Source of the DNA: an uncultured Acidobacteriota bacterium
GTDB lineage: Bacteria; Acidobacteriota; Thermoanaerobaculia; Thermoanaerobaculales; Sulfomarinibacteraceae
Direction: 5' to 3'
NCBI GenBank assembly: GCA_963704125.1
Contig: CAVPHA010000025.1
Coordinates: 21,481 to 85,480 of the forward strand
Length of the DNA: 64,000 bases
Position numbers and translations under genes: made by a program. The notes under the pieces were generated by a model. That model saw only the letters and a program-made list of their open reading frames with translations, was not told where the DNA came from and made no database searches. Shown in pieces: positions 31,563 through 45,308 of the stretch. Positions within the stretch are counted from its first letter, which is position 1, and every line of letters begins with the position of its first letter.

Positions 31563-31662
31563 GAGCTTGTGCCGAAGAGACCCTCGGCAGAAACCCCACC
31601 CGTAACCCCATGGCTCTCACCGAGGGTCTATTCGTTGCAAGCTCCTAGTTCTCGTCCGCAAT

Positions 31663-33159
31663 TCACGCGGTGAATTGCAGCGCGAGCTCCATGATCCGCT
31701 CCTGGGTCGCCTCGGCTCTCGGCAGGATGCCCTGGAGCACGCCTTCGTGCATCACCGCGACCCGATCGGACAGGCCCAGGAGCTCGGGCATCTCGCTGGA
31801 GATCAGGAGGATGGCGACCCCGTGCTCGACGAGCTCGCCGATGAGCTCGTAGATCTCGGCCTTGGCGCCGACATCGATGCCCCGGGTCGGCTCGTCGAAG
31901 AGCAGGACCCGGCACCGCGCCGCGAGCCAGCGGGCGAGCACGACCTTCTGCTGATTGCCCCCCGACAGATTGACGAGCTCCTGATCGAGGGAGGCGACGC
32001 GGATGCGGAGCCGGTCGACCTCCTTCTGCGCCAGCTCGGTCTCGGCGCCGAGATCGATCACCCCGGCGCGGGAAATCTCGTCGAGGCTGGTGAGGCTGAT
32101 GTTCTCGGTCACCGAACACTGGAGGACCAGCCCCTGTTGCTTGCGATCCTCGGTCAGAAAACCCATCCCCGCCGCAATGGACTCGGCGGGTCCGTGGCCC
32201 GAGAGTCTGCGCCCGGCGACGGCGACGGTACCGGCATCGACGGGATCGGCCCCGAAGATGGCCCGCGCCAGCGCCGTCCGGCGGGAGCCCATGAGACCGG
32301 CGACACCCAAAATCTCCCCCTCCCGCAGCGCGAGATCGACGGGGCCGGGGAGCTCCGGTCCGGAGAGACCCGAGATCTCGAGTACGACCTCGCCAAGGGC
32401 CACATCGTGCTTCGGAACACGGTCGGCGATGGTCCGACCCACCATGAGACGGATGAGCTCGGCGACATCCGTCGCGCTCACGTCCATGGTCCCCACCGTG
32501 CGGCCGTCGCGCATGACGGTGACCCGGTCGCCGATGGCGAAGATCTCGGGCATCCGGTGCGAGATGTAGATCACCGGCACTCCACCGGCGACGAGGTCGC
32601 GAATCACCCCGAAGAGGGCGTCGATCTCGGTCTCGGAAAGCGCGGCCGATGGCTCGTCCATGACAAGCAAACGGGCTTTTCGTTGCAGCGCCCGCGCGAT
32701 CTCAACGAGTTGTTGTTCGGCCACCGAAAGTCGGGAAACCGGGGTGTCGGGATCAACCGCGCACTTGAGCCTCCGGAGCAGATCGCGGGCGCCATCGGAC
32801 ATGGCCCGATCACCGATGAGACCGGCGGTGGTCGGCTCGTGCCCGAGATAGATGTTCTCGGCGGCGGTGAGCCCCGGCACCAGATTGAGCTCCTGGTGGA
32901 TCATGACCAGCCCGAGACGCTCGGCATCGAGGGGCCCCGTCGGCTGAATCACCGATCCTTCAAAGACCACCTCTCCGGCATCGGGTGCGTACTGACCGCA
33001 GAGGATCTTCATCAGGGTGCTCTTGCCGGCGCCGTTCTCGCCGAGAAGCACGTGGACCTCGCCGGGTCGGACCTCGAGATCGGCGTCGGAGAGCGCCTGG
33101 ACTCCAGGGAAGTGTTTGTCGATGGCCGACATGCGGAGCAGAGGCTGGAGTCCGCTCAC
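31663..33159 (-). CDS. Sugar ABC transporter ATP-binding protein (RbsA/CUT2 type)
   Basis: GENGAGKST, LVMDEPSA, LSGGNQQKVVLARWL, LFDEPTRGIDVGAK. Confidence 0.95.
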   Translation of the reverse strand: MSGLQPLLRMSAIDKHFPGVQALSDADLEVRPGEVHVLLGENGAGKSTLMKILCGQYAPDAGEVVFEGSVIQPTGPLDAERLGLVMIHQELNLVPGLTAAENIYLGHEPTTAGLIGDRAMSDGARDLLRRLKCAVDPDTPVSRLSVAEQQLVEIARALQRKARLLVMDEPSAALSETEIDALFGVIRDLVAGGVPVIYISHRMPEIFAIGDRVTVMRDGRTVGTMDVSATDVAELIRLMVGRTIADRVPKHDVALGEVVLEISGLSGPELPGPVDLALREGEILGVAGLMGSRRTALARAIFGADPVDAGTVAVAGRRLSGHGPAESIAAGMGFLTEDRKQQGLVLQCSVTENISLTSLDEISRAGVIDLGAETELAQKEVDRLRIRVASLDQELVNLSGGNQQKVVLARWLAARCRVLLFDEPTRGIDVGAKAEIYELIGELVEHGVAILLISSEMPELLGLSDRVAVMHEGVLQGILPRAEATQERIMELALQFTA

Positions 33160-35111
33160 GGTTGGTCCGCCGTCGCCGCTGCATCGTCCGCCGGAGCGAA
33201 ATCGTCGACGTTGAGCCTGTCGATGAGCTCAACCCGGGTGAGGACCTCGGCCGGCGGCGCCGTCCCCTCCCGCACCAGCTCCACCGCGTGCTTGACGCCC
33301 AACCGGCCCATCTCGCTGGGGAACTGGGCGACCGAACCGAGCATCCGGCCCGATCGGATGTTGGCCAACGCATCCGGGATCGCATCGAAGCCGATGACGA
33401 CGATCTCATCCATCCGGCCCGCGGCATCGATGGCCTCGATGGCCCCGAGAGCCATCTCGTCGTTGGCGGCGAAGACCGCCGCAAGGTCGGGGTGGGCCTG
33501 GAGCAGGTTCTCGGCCACGGTGTAGGCGCGGGCCCGCTCCCAGTTTGCGCTCTGGCTCGCCACGACCCGGATCCCCGGTGAGCTCTCGAGCCCGGAGAGA
33601 AAGCCGAGGCGGCGCTGGTCGGCGGTCTCGTGGCCCGAGATCCCCTCGATGACGGCGATCTCACCAGCGCCACCCAGCTCGGCGGCCAGATACCGTCCGG
33701 CCACCGCGCCGCCTTCGAAGTTGTCCGACCCGATATAGGTCAGCACCTTCGCTCCCACCGAGGCCGCGGCTTCTTCGTCGATCCGGGTGTCGAGCAGCAA
33801 CACCGGAATCCCGGCTTGATTGGCCTTGAGGATCGCCGGCACGAGTTCCTTGGATCCCGACGGCGCCAGCAGGATGGCGTCCACCCTCTGCTGGATCAGA
33901 TTCTCGATGATCTGGAACTGGCGCTCGACATCGGTCTCGCGATCGGCGGCGAGCGAGACCAGATTCACCCCGAGGGCGGCGGCCTCTTTCTCGCCGGCCT
34001 CCTGCATCTGTCCCCAGAACGGTGAGTTCAGCGCCTTGGGAACAAACGCGACGGTGAGGGTCTCGTCCTGCCCGGCAGCTCCAGAATTGAGTCGGATGCC
34101 CACCGCCGAGGCCGCCGACACCGCAGCCAGCAAGGCGATCACCACGAGCTTGCGGTGCTTCCGCCAGCCGGTGGTCGCGGTCTTGACCTCACCTCGGTGC
34201 CGGGCGCGATCGAGGACCACCGCCGCCACCAGCACCACCCCGACGACCATGCCTTCCAGCGCCGAGGGAACGTTCAGCGCGTTGAGGCCGTTGCGCAGAG
34301 TGCCCATGATCAGGGCGCCGATGAGGGTCCCGACGATCCGGCCTTCACCGCCCATGAGGCTCACCCCGCCGATCACCGCCGCCGCGATGGCGTAGAGCTC
34401 GTACATGTCGCCGGTGAGCGGCGAGGCCGCGTTGAGACGAGAGGTCATGAGCACCGCCGCAACCCCCGCCATGAGCCCCGACAAACCATAGATCGCGATC
34501 TTGTAGCGGCCGACCGGGACTCCCGAGAGCCAGGCCGCCTGCTCGTTGCCGCCGATGGCGTAGGTGTAGCGCCCGAGCTTGGTCCGGGTGAGGACGAGAT
34601 GGGCGAGAACATAGAGCGCTCCGACCATGATGACGAAGACCGGGATTCCGACGATGTCACCGGAGAGGGCGCGAAAACTCTCGGGCAACCCGCTGATGGG
34701 TTTGGAGTCGGAGTAGATCTTGGCCGCGCTGCGGGCGACGAGCATCATCCCGAGAGTGGCGATGAACGGCGGGATCCTGCCGAGGGTGGTGACCAACCCG
34801 CTGATGAGACCGCAGAAAAGACCCACCGCCACCCCACCGAGGATGGCCACCGGCACCGATGAACCCGTCACCAGCAGATCGGCGGTGACCAGACCGCAGA
34901 GGGCCAGGATCGAACCCACCGAGAGATCGATCCCGCCGGAGATGATCACAAAGGTCAGCCCGATCCCGAGGATGGCGTTGATGGCCGATTGCTGCATGAC
35001 GTTGAGGAGATTGTCGGTGCTCAGGAAGTGCGGCGACGCGATCCCGAAGAGCACCACCAGACCGACGAGAACGAAGAGTGTTTGCAGTCGGGCGGAGAGG
35101 TTTCGGACCAC
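33156..35111 (-). CDS. Fused sugar ABC permease (RbsC-like) and periplasmic binding protein (RbsB-like)
   Basis: GTG 35111. Permease motifs GGIDLSVGS, PPFIATLG, GRYTYAIGGNEQAA, ELYAIAAAVIGG run in frame through a TM linker into KALNSPFW, YIGSDNFEGG, FAANDEMALGA, VIGFDA. Confidence 0.85.
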   Translation of the reverse strand: MVRNLSARLQTLFVLVGLVVLFGIASPHFLSTDNLLNVMQQSAINAILGIGLTFVIISGGIDLSVGSILALCGLVTADLLVTGSSVPVAILGGVAVGLFCGLISGLVTTLGRIPPFIATLGMMLVARSAAKIYSDSKPISGLPESFRALSGDIVGIPVFVIMVGALYVLAHLVLTRTKLGRYTYAIGGNEQAAWLSGVPVGRYKIAIYGLSGLMAGVAAVLMTSRLNAASPLTGDMYELYAIAAAVIGGVSLMGGEGRIVGTLIGALIMGTLRNGLNALNVPSALEGMVVGVVLVAAVVLDRARHRGEVKTATTGWRKHRKLVVIALLAAVSAASAVGIRLNSGAAGQDETLTVAFVPKALNSPFWGQMQEAGEKEAAALGVNLVSLAADRETDVERQFQIIENLIQQRVDAILLAPSGSKELVPAILKANQAGIPVLLLDTRIDEEAAASVGAKVLTYIGSDNFEGGAVAGRYLAAELGGAGEIAVIEGISGHETADQRRLGFLSGLESSPGIRVVASQSANWERARAYTVAENLLQAHPDLAAVFAANDEMALGAIEAIDAAGRMDEIVVIGFDAIPDALANIRSGRMLGSVAQFPSEMGRLGVKHAVELVREGTAPPAEVLTRVELIDRLNVDDFAPADDAAATADQP

Positions 35112-35113
35112 TG

Positions 35114-36249
35114 CTATTCTCCCATCGCCAAGACGCGCCCCACGCTTCTTGCCGTGGTCGCCAGATTCTCCCGTGCCGTGCGCCAGCGCCTCTTCCAGCG
35201 AATCGACATCCTGAACTGCGGCGAAGACGGCGTCGAAGAGATTGTTGACCTCGCCGAGATCGCCGTGCAGGGCGCCCGAGATGAGGATGGTCTTCGCTCC
35301 CGCGGCTCGCGCCTTGGCAGCGAGCACGGCGCAGAGCTTGCCGTCGGCGGTCTGCTCGTCGGTCCTGCCCTCGCCGGTCACGAGGATGTCCGCGGTCCGA
35401 ATCTCCTCGTCGAACCCGGTGATCTCGGCCACCAGATCGGCGCCGGATAAGATCTCCGCATTGCAGAAAGCGCGCAGGGCGGCGCCGAGTCCGCCGGCGG
35501 CGCCGTCGCCGGGACGCTCGACCGAGTCGGAGCATCCCGTGCGCTCTTCCAGACCTCGCCCAAATGGGCGAGGCCCAGTTCGAGGCGTTCGACCATCTCC
35601 GGCGTCGCGCCCTTCTGGGGGCCGAAGACCCGGGCGGCGCCGCGCTCGCCGAGGAGCGGGTTGGTGACATCGCAGGCGACGCCGAATCCGGCAATCGGAC
35701 GAACGCCGGCAGAACACCATCGGAGTCGATTGTCTCGATGGTCGCGAGAGCACCGCCGCCACGACCGCACTCGTTTCCGTCGGCGGTCAGCAGCCGGAAA
35801 CCCAGCGCCTGTGCCATCCCGATCCCGCCGTCGACGGTGGCGCTGCCGCCGATCCCGAGGATGAGGTTGCGGACACCATCCTCGATGGCCGCACGGATGA
35901 GCTCGCCGGTGCCGCAGGTCGTCGCCTTCATGGGATCCAGCCCGCCGGGCGGCACGAGCTCGATCCCGCTGGCCGAGGCCATCTCCATGACCGCGGTGCG
36001 GCCGTCGGGAAGCAAGCCATACGACGCGACCACCGGCTCGCCCAGGGGGCCCGTCACCGTCACCGAACGCAGCTCGCCGCCGGTGGCGCGGACCACCGCA
36101 TCGGTGGTGCCCTCGCCGCCATCGGCCATCGGGATCACGATGATCTCGGCGTCACTCAGGCTCTCGTGGAGCGCATCGGCGATGATCTTGCCCGCTTCGT
36201 CGCTCCTCATACTGCCCTTGAAACTGTCGGCGGCCACGACGATCTTCAT
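35114..36249 (-). CDS. Glycerate kinase (GlxK/GarK family); several frameshifts
   Basis: [76 protein letters not shown]. Confidence 0.85.
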
Positions 36250-36361
36250 CTTGATCCATCCCGATCGGAGTGAGGCCGGCGTTCGAAGACCCGGACCTCG
36301 ATTCACAGATTCCCGGTGACCAACTATTGTAGTCCGACGATCGCAACTGGAGGACGCCCGA

Positions 36362-37540
36362 ATGAAGACTGAATTTCCCGAAATCAACCCGGCCGAACGC
36401 ATCCTCATGGGCCCCGGCCCGAGCGATGTCAGCGCCCGCGTCCTCGCCGCCCTGGCCAAACCCACTCTCGGCCACCTCGACCCCGAGTATCTGGCCATCA
36501 TGGATGACACCCGGACCATGCTCCAATACGTCTTCCAGACCACCAATGAGCTCACCCTCGCCATGCCGGGCACCGGCAGCGCCGGGATGGAGACCTGCGT
36601 CGCCAACCTGATCGAGCCGGGCGATGAGGTGGTGATCGGGGTCTGCGGCTACTTCGGCGCCCGCATGGTCGAGATGGCCGAACGCCACGGCGCCATGGTC
36701 CACCGGGTCGAGGCGCCGTGGGGCGAGATCATCGATCCCGCGACGATCGCCGCAGCGCTCGCCGATCACCCGGCGACAAAGGTGGTGGGCGTGGTTCAGG
36801 CCGAGACTTCGACCGGCGCCCACCAGCCGCTGGAAGAGATCTCTCAACTGACGCACGCCGCGGGAGCGTTGCTGATGGTCGATGCCGTCACCTCGCTCGG
36901 GTGTGTCGAGCTTCGGCTCGACGACTGGGCCATCGATGCGTGCTACAGCTGCACCCAGAAGGGTCTCTCGTCCCCACCGGGTCTGGCGCCCGTGAGCTTC
37001 TCTCCGGCTGCGGCGGAGAAGATTCGGGGTCGCAAGAGCAAGGTCAGGAGCTGGTATCTCGATCTCTCCCTGGTTTCGCAGTACTGGAGTTCGGACCGGG
37101 TCTACCACCACACCGCGTCCAGCAATCTCGGTTACGCCCTCTACGAGGGGCTGCGAATGGTCGTCGAGGAGGGTCTCGAGGCGCGCCACGCCCGCCATCT
37201 CCTCCACCACCGCGCGCTTCGGGCCGGGCTCGAGGCGCTGGGTTTGAGCTACATCCCCAAGCACTCACTTCCCAACCTCAACGCGATCCACGTCGCCGAG
37301 GGCGCCGACGATGTCGTGATGCGCAAACGGCTGCTCAACGAGTACGGCATCGAGATCGGCGCCGGCCTCGGTCCTTTCAAGGGCAAGGCCTGGCGGATCG
37401 GCATCATGGGCAGCTCCTGCACCCAACGCAACGTCATCCTGGTGCTCGGGGCGCTGGAATCGATTCTCGGCGACATGGGCGTGTCGGTTCCGAAGGGCGC
37501 CGCCATCGCCGCGGCTTCCGAGGTCTTCGCCTCACATTGA
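36362..37540 (+). CDS. Alanine/serine--glyoxylate aminotransferase (class V PLP)
   Basis: ILMGPGPS, GTGSAGME, QAETSTG, VDAVTSLG, SCTQKGLSSPPG, SWYLD, YHHTA. Confidence 0.9.
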   Translation: MKTEFPEINPAERILMGPGPSDVSARVLAALAKPTLGHLDPEYLAIMDDTRTMLQYVFQTTNELTLAMPGTGSAGMETCVANLIEPGDEVVIGVCGYFGARMVEMAERHGAMVHRVEAPWGEIIDPATIAAALADHPATKVVGVVQAETSTGAHQPLEEISQLTHAAGALLMVDAVTSLGCVELRLDDWAIDACYSCTQKGLSSPPGLAPVSFSPAAAEKIRGRKSKVRSWYLDLSLVSQYWSSDRVYHHTASSNLGYALYEGLRMVVEEGLEARHARHLLHHRALRAGLEALGLSYIPKHSLPNLNAIHVAEGADDVVMRKRLLNEYGIEIGAGLGPFKGKAWRIGIMGSSCTQRNVILVLGALESILGDMGVSVPKGAAIAAASEVFASH

Positions 37541-37544
37541 ATCA

Positions 37545-38036
37545 ACCCTGTCACCCTGAGCACCGCCAGCGCCGCCGGAATGCGGCGCCTCGTGCATCGG
37601 AACGACAGGGGCCATGAAGGCCAATGTCGAGGATGCACCCTGAGTCGAGCGAAGCGAGTCGAAGGGATCGCCCGAAGCTTCAGATTGCCGTACGTTGTGG
37701 AGCATGAAGCACGGAGACGACGAATCCGAACCCGGAGGCTCAGGACCCTTCCGACTCGGACTCACTCGCGGACTCGTTCGCTCCCAAAGAACAAACCTCT
37801 CCCGTTTCGTTCACTCAGCTGAACGGTTATCGCTCCGGTGACGGATTGGTCGCAGGCCCTAAAGGACCTGCCTACAGAATATTGAGCGACACGAACTTCA
37901 AGAGCGCTACGGTAGGCGCATCCTTCAGGGTGCGCGACCAAACCGATACTGAGTACCCTCTAACACCGGCAGACCACTGATGTTCTTTCGAAGAGTAGAC
38001 GCCGCCTGGCGGCGTGGCGGTGCTCAAGGCGACAGT
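37545..38036. repeat. Composite REP cluster (CTGTCACCCTGAGC family arms plus a GTAG doublet at 37846-37941)
   Basis: CCCTGTCACCCTGAGCACCGCC, GACTCACTCGCGGACTCGTTCGCTC, TTGGTCGCAGG...CCTGCCTAC / GTAGGCGCA...TGCGCGACCAA and GGCGTGGCGGTGCTCAAGGCGACAG; arms shared with the 5.2-5.5 kb cluster. Confidence 0.75.
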
Positions 38037-38122
38037 GGGTCTGCCATCGGAAGCGGCGACATCCCGACACCACTGGACGCCGGCCCAACGGGACGCCGGC
38101 GCTTGACAGGGGCGCGGCCGGC

Positions 38123-39094
38123 CTACTGGAGATAGTCGAGCAGCGACTGTGCAGTCGCCGCATCGGGGCCGTCAGGCGCGAGCTCGAGATAGCGGGCGAG
38201 CGCCGCTTTCGCGCACGCGCTGTCGCCGAGCATGTTGCAGGTCAGCCCGAGTTGGAGTTGGGCTTCGGCAAGATCCGGCTCGCTTTCGATGATGATCTCG
38301 AGGAGTGATCGAGATCCCGCGAGTTCCTCGTTGTCGAAAAGCACCCGGGCGTGTTGCAGCATCTCGTTCGAGACGACCTCGGGGCTGGTATCGGCAAGTC
38401 GTCTGGCCGAAGGAATCAACCGCTGCATGTCACCGATCATGAGCTCGGCAAAATACGCCGTACTGATCGCGGTGATGTCGTCGGGCTTGAGCCGGACGAG
38501 GTTTTCCGCAGCGTCGGCGGCGGTGGCGTAGTCCTCGAGCTCCATGGCGATCGCCGCGGTGGCGTTGGCCGCCGCAATAAAGTCCGGATCGATCTCGGAC
38601 GCCTGTTTGAACTTCTCGAGCGCCGCCGCTTTGTCTCCTGCTTCGAGGATCGCGACGCCTTCGTTGAAGACCGGGATGGCCTGCTCCCTTTGCTCGGTCA
38701 GATTCGCCAAGGCCAGAATGACATCGAGCGGGTTGAGTTCCTCCGATCCTGGAATGAACTCGACCGATCCCGGTTCAAAATCCTCTTTCGTGAACGTGAG
38801 CTTGTACAGCAGGTCGAAGTCGTCGAGCTTGATCGAAAACTGGCCGTTTTTCTTTGTCTCGGCCGAGATCGGTTTGTCGCTGCCCTCGGCGATCGCCGAC
38901 ACCTCGACATTGCGGAGCGGATTCCCGTTGATGTCCGTCACCGTTCCTTTGACCTCGACGGGACCACCGGCCATGGCATTTGCCGCGAGCAATCCGAGCG
39001 CGAGCGTTTCAACCATGAATATCCTTGCGGCAACCAGACCAGGTTTTTTGAGCACTCCAACCTCTTCCTCGCCGATCTCAACATCGACGGTCAT
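38123..39094 (-). CDS. Secreted TPR protein with carboxypeptidase-regulatory-like domain (start uncertain)
   Basis: VKGTVTDINGNPL...TKKNGQFSI domain, TPR helices and YLELAPDGPDAATA terminus. Confidence 0.8.
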   Translation of the reverse strand: MTVDVEIGEEEVGVLKKPGLVAARIFMVETLALGLLAANAMAGGPVEVKGTVTDINGNPLRNVEVSAIAEGSDKPISAETKKNGQFSIKLDDFDLLYKLTFTKEDFEPGSVEFIPGSEELNPLDVILALANLTEQREQAIPVFNEGVAILEAGDKAAALEKFKQASEIDPDFIAAANATAAIAMELEDYATAADAAENLVRLKPDDITAISTAYFAELMIGDMQRLIPSARRLADTSPEVVSNEMLQHARVLFDNEELAGSRSLLEIIIESEPDLAEAQLQLGLTCNMLGDSACAKAALARYLELAPDGPDAATAQSLLDYLQ

Positions 39095-39202
39095 CGGCGG
39101 CGAGTATGCCAGCCCCACCGCCCCCGCGCAACGCGGGCCCCGGTCCATCGGCACCACAGCACAGAATTTGCTATCGTCTCACCAACGAGGAGGAGTACCA
39201 CA

Positions 39203-41114
<1,912 letters not shown>

Positions 41115-41224
41115 GCGATCCGGGGGACACGGGGAGGGGTGCCAGGCACCTTTTCGCGGCGAAAAGCGAGCCAGGCACCCGTCCCGCGTTCTGTCAACAA
41201 CACCCATAATCGGAGGAGGACAGC

Positions 41225-42066
41225 GTGAACATATCCAGGCAATTCGAGGGGAAGATCGCGATCGTCACCGGCAGCACCCAGGGGCTGGGGGAAGCGACCG
41301 CCCGGTTGTTTGCCGAGCGCGGCGCTGCGGGCATCGTCATCACCGGGCGAGACCAGGCACGAGGCGAGGCCGTCGCCGCCAGCCTCAACGACGCCTCCTG
41401 TCGGGCGATCTTCATTCGTGCGGACATGGCCAGCGTGGATGACTGCCGCGCGCTGGTGGCCGCAGCCGATGCAGGCGTTCGGCACGGTTCACGTGCTGGT
41501 CAACTCGGCCGGGGCCACCACCCGCGGGTCCATCCTGAACACGACCCCGGAGGTCTACGATCAGGTCATGGCCGTCAACGTGCGCGCGCCCTTCTTTTTG
41601 GTGCAGGAAACCGCCAAGATCATGGTCCGCGACGGTGTCGCCGGTTCCATGGTCAACATCGGCAGCGTCTCGGCGTACGGCGGCATGCCCTTCCTCTCGC
41701 CCTACTCGATCTCCAAAGGGGCCCTCGCCGTGTTGACCAAGAACGCCGCCTACGCGCTCATGCGCCACCGCATCCGGGTCAACGCGCTCAACATCGGCTG
41801 GATGGACACCCCCGGCGAGGACACGATCCAACGCACCGTCCACGGCAGCGACGAGAACTGGCTCGACGGCGGTGGAGGCGAGACAGCCGTTCGGGCGATT
41901 GCTCAAGGCGAGTGAGGTCGCCAAGGCCATCGCATTCCTGGCCTCCGACGAGTCGGGGATGATGACCGGCGCGGCCGTGGAGTTCGATCAGTCGGTCCAG
42001 GGCGCGGGTCCCCAGCCCATTCCGCCGGCGCTCGATGAGTGGGACGACCTCGGCTGGAATGTATAG
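41225..42066 (+). CDS. SDR oxidoreductase; frameshifts near 41470 and 41870
   Basis: [50 protein letters not shown]. Confidence 0.85.
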
Positions 42067-42074
42067 GAGCTTGG

Positions 42075-43796
42075 ATGAATCGCCTCGGGTTGCTTCTTCT
42101 CGCGTTCTCGATCACCGTCGCGTGCCAGCAAGGGCCGACCGACAGTCTTCAGATCGTCGCCGATGACTATCTCGACGGATGGGCGGACTTCTACCCCTCC
42201 CGGGCGCTGTCGGCAGGACTGACCGAGGCGGCGCCTCGGCTCGAGGACTTCGACCAGAACCGAGTCGAGGGCTGGCTGGCCTTCAACCAGCAGGCCCTCG
42301 GGCGGATGCAGGTTCTGGCCAAGTCCTCGACCCTCGATGAAGATCGACCGGCACCTCCTCGAGGCGCAGATCAACCGCGAACTCTTCACCAATGGGGAGA
42401 GGCGCGAGATCCACCGGACGGACCCCCAGACCTACTCCGAACTCATCAACCACGCCCTGACCGCGGTCCTCGTCAGGAGCAATCTCACTGCCGAGATGAA
42501 ACTCGAAGCCGCCCTGCACCGGCTCGGGGGTCTCGAAAGCCTGTCCGCGACAGCGATGACCCAGCTGACGGACGGACGGCCCTCGGCCACCGCAGCATCG
42601 ATCCGCGACATCCGTTCGACGGCGGCCTTCATCGAGGGCAATCTCGTATCGGCGCTCGGTGTCGGCGACGACAACCCACGACGCGAAGCTCTCTCGACGA
42701 GCTCCGTTCAGACCGCGTCTGCCCTCAACGAGCTCGCGGACTGGCTGGAGAGCGATCTGGAGCTCGGTCTGGGCGACGCCTATGGCGAAGACCTCTACGC
42801 CCGCAAACTCGCGCTGGCCTATGGCGGACATCTGACACCGGAAATCTTGGAACAGATCGCCATGGCCGAAATCGAGACGGTCAGGACGCTCATGGAAGAC
42901 CTGGCCCGGGAGAATTGGGCCATCGATCCGTCAACCGATTTCAACGACCGCCATCGAGCCGATCATGGCGGAGATGGAGAGCCACCGCGCCTCGAATCAG
43001 AGCGAATTCCTCCAGGAGTTTCTCGATCTCATCGATCGCTCGAGGATCTTTCTCGACGAGACCGACCTCATTGATCTCCCGGAGCACGAGACCCTCTTCA
43101 CCGCGCTTTCGCCCAGCCACTTCGCCGGTGCGGCGGTCGGCGGGGTCTACAGCGCCGGTCCCTTCGACCCCGAGGCCGAAACCCTATTCTATCTGCCGAC
43201 CGTGCCGGACACCGCCCCCCAGGTGGTCAAAGACGGTTTCTACCGCTCCTTCAACAGCCACTTCAACACCATGATCATCACCCACGAGATTTATCCGGGG
43301 CACTACTTACAGCTCAAGGCCGCCGCCTCCAACCCGAGCCGGGTCCGATCGCTCTTCGCCGGCGACGACTTCACCGAGGGTTGGGCCTCTTTCTGTCGAG
43401 CAGATGACCCTGGACGCCGGCTGGGATGACGACCAACCGCTCACGCGGATGGCCCATCTGCGCAAACGCCTCGAAAACGCCGTCCGGGCCTATGTCAGCG
43501 TCCAGGTCCACTGCCGCGGCTGGAGCCAGGATCAACTCAGCGTCTTCGCCGTCGAAACCGGGCTCCTGCCGCCCCAGTTCGCCGAGAATCTCTGGCAGCG
43601 CGCGCTGCTCTCCCCGATCCAGCTGCCGTCCTACTTCATCGGGTTCAGGGTCTTCGACGACGTCTACCGCAAGGAGCAGGCGCGGCTCGGTGAGTCCTTC
43701 AGCACCAAGGCGTTCAACAACACCGTGATCGGCTCCGGCGGCATTCCCATGGAGATGGTCGCTGAGTATCTCGCGACCGAGCTCGGCCAGCAGTGA
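42075..43796 (+). CDS. DUF885-family lipoprotein (putative M2-like metallopeptidase); several frameshifts
   Basis: Lipobox TVAC, THEIYPGHYLQ, FTEGWA, PIQLPSYFIG, FNNTVIGSG. Confidence 0.8.
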
Positions 43797-43943
43797 GGCT
43801 TCGGTCGTCGCTTCCGACCACAAGAGGTGATTGGCGGCACGTTCTGTCGCGTTGAGACAGGTTTCTGTCGCTTCCATCCATCGTATCCCTCGGATTGGCG
43901 CGTTATCTTGATCTCAGATTCGACGACCGAGGGAGGCAGAACG

Positions 43944-45297
43944 ATGAAAATCAGGAAGCTCGACACAATGGTTGTTCTCCTTGCCGCCATGGTGCTCACG
44001 GTAGGCCACGCCAGGGCCGAGGTCATCGACGTGTATCCGTCTCAGGAAGCGCTGGTCATCATCGACGAGGATGGCTTCCCGGTCGATTTCCAGGCGATCG
44101 CCGGGGTGGGAGACAGCACCGACGGCAGGCACATCCGCGCCCTGACCACCTTCGATTTGTCGTTTCTTCCTCCCGGCGCCGTCGTTTCCTCGGCCGTGAT
44201 CCACACCCGGGTCGAGCGCGGTCTACGGCGACCCGGCATCTTTGGGGCCCCTGATGGCCGCCCGGATCGCCGAGACCAGGGGGGCGCCGAGCATCGACAT
44301 TCAGGCGCCGTGGGGGATGCTGACCGAGTTCATCGCTCCGGTTCCGGTCACCGGGACGATCGCCACGGGTTCCGATCTGACGGCTGACCTCACGGCTCAG
44401 TTCCAAGGGTCCTTCCCCTCCCCTGAGTGGAATCTCGACCCGGGACGAGCGGTCATCCGCTTTCAGTTCAGCGTTCAGAACAACGGCAGTGACATCGACG
44501 ACTTCCTCTATCTCCAGCGAACCCGTCTCGAACTCGATATCGACCTTCCGGACCCGATCACCGAACGGCCCGTCGGTCGCCACCTCAAATACTGCATCCC
44601 GGTGGTGGCATCGCTGCCCGGAGCAGCCGGGACACGGTGGACCACCGAGATGCACATCACCGCACGGCACGACAGCTCGGTGTGGCTCTACTACACCGAA
44701 ACCGAGACCGATGGCACCGCCGAATTTCAGGTCCGCCGCGTGGATCTCGGGATGTGGCAGACCGTCGGCTACGACGATGTCCTGCCCGATCTCTTCGGCG
44801 TCGAGGCAACCAAAGGCTGGATCGAGGTCTTTTCCACTGATCCGGAGATCGCGATCAATGCCCGGGTGGCGAACGTCGGCGGCGAGGGATCCTACGGCCA
44901 GACCGTTCCCGTGATCGACGAGTCGAAGATGCTCCGCAGCAGCGAGATTCGTTTTGGCGACAGCTACCGACGCCTGGCCAACCTGATCATGATGGACGCC
45001 GATAACCGGACCAACATCGGCCTCGTCAATCTCGGGCCGGATGAAGTCACGGTCGACATCACCGCCATCCCGCCCGATGGGCCGTTCATCGGGAGCATCA
45101 CGGTCGCGCTGGGCCCGTTCGAACACCGCCAGATCGATCGCCTCGAAACCGTCATTCCCGACACCGCCGGCGCGGGCCTCATCTCGCTTTCGTTCGGGAT
45201 CGACGCGGACGCGGCGCCGGTCTATCGCCAGGGGGTTGCGGTCTATCTGAGCCGGGTGGACAACACCACCGGTGATGCGGTCTTCATTCTGCCGTGA
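43944..45297 (+). CDS. Hypothetical secreted protein; frameshift near 44220
   Basis: Signal peptide; C-terminal domain IPVVASLPGAAGTRWTT...RTNIGLVN...YLSRVDNTTGDA of the kind common in Thermoanaerobaculia. Confidence 0.7.
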
Positions 45298-45308
45298 GCA
45301 CCGTGAGC

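Noticed and set aside
31675-33525. Long antisense ORFs (e.g. 2320-3828, 31675-33525, 47748-49286, 60092-62110)
   Set aside because: Shadow frames of high-GC coding genes on the opposite strand; no motifs of their own.
33156-35762. 868-aa ORF suggesting a glycerate kinase-permease-binding protein triple fusion
   Set aside because: The kinase has its own stop (MGE-TAG at 35114) in another frame and the permease starts at GTG 35111; the join is best explained by an indel.
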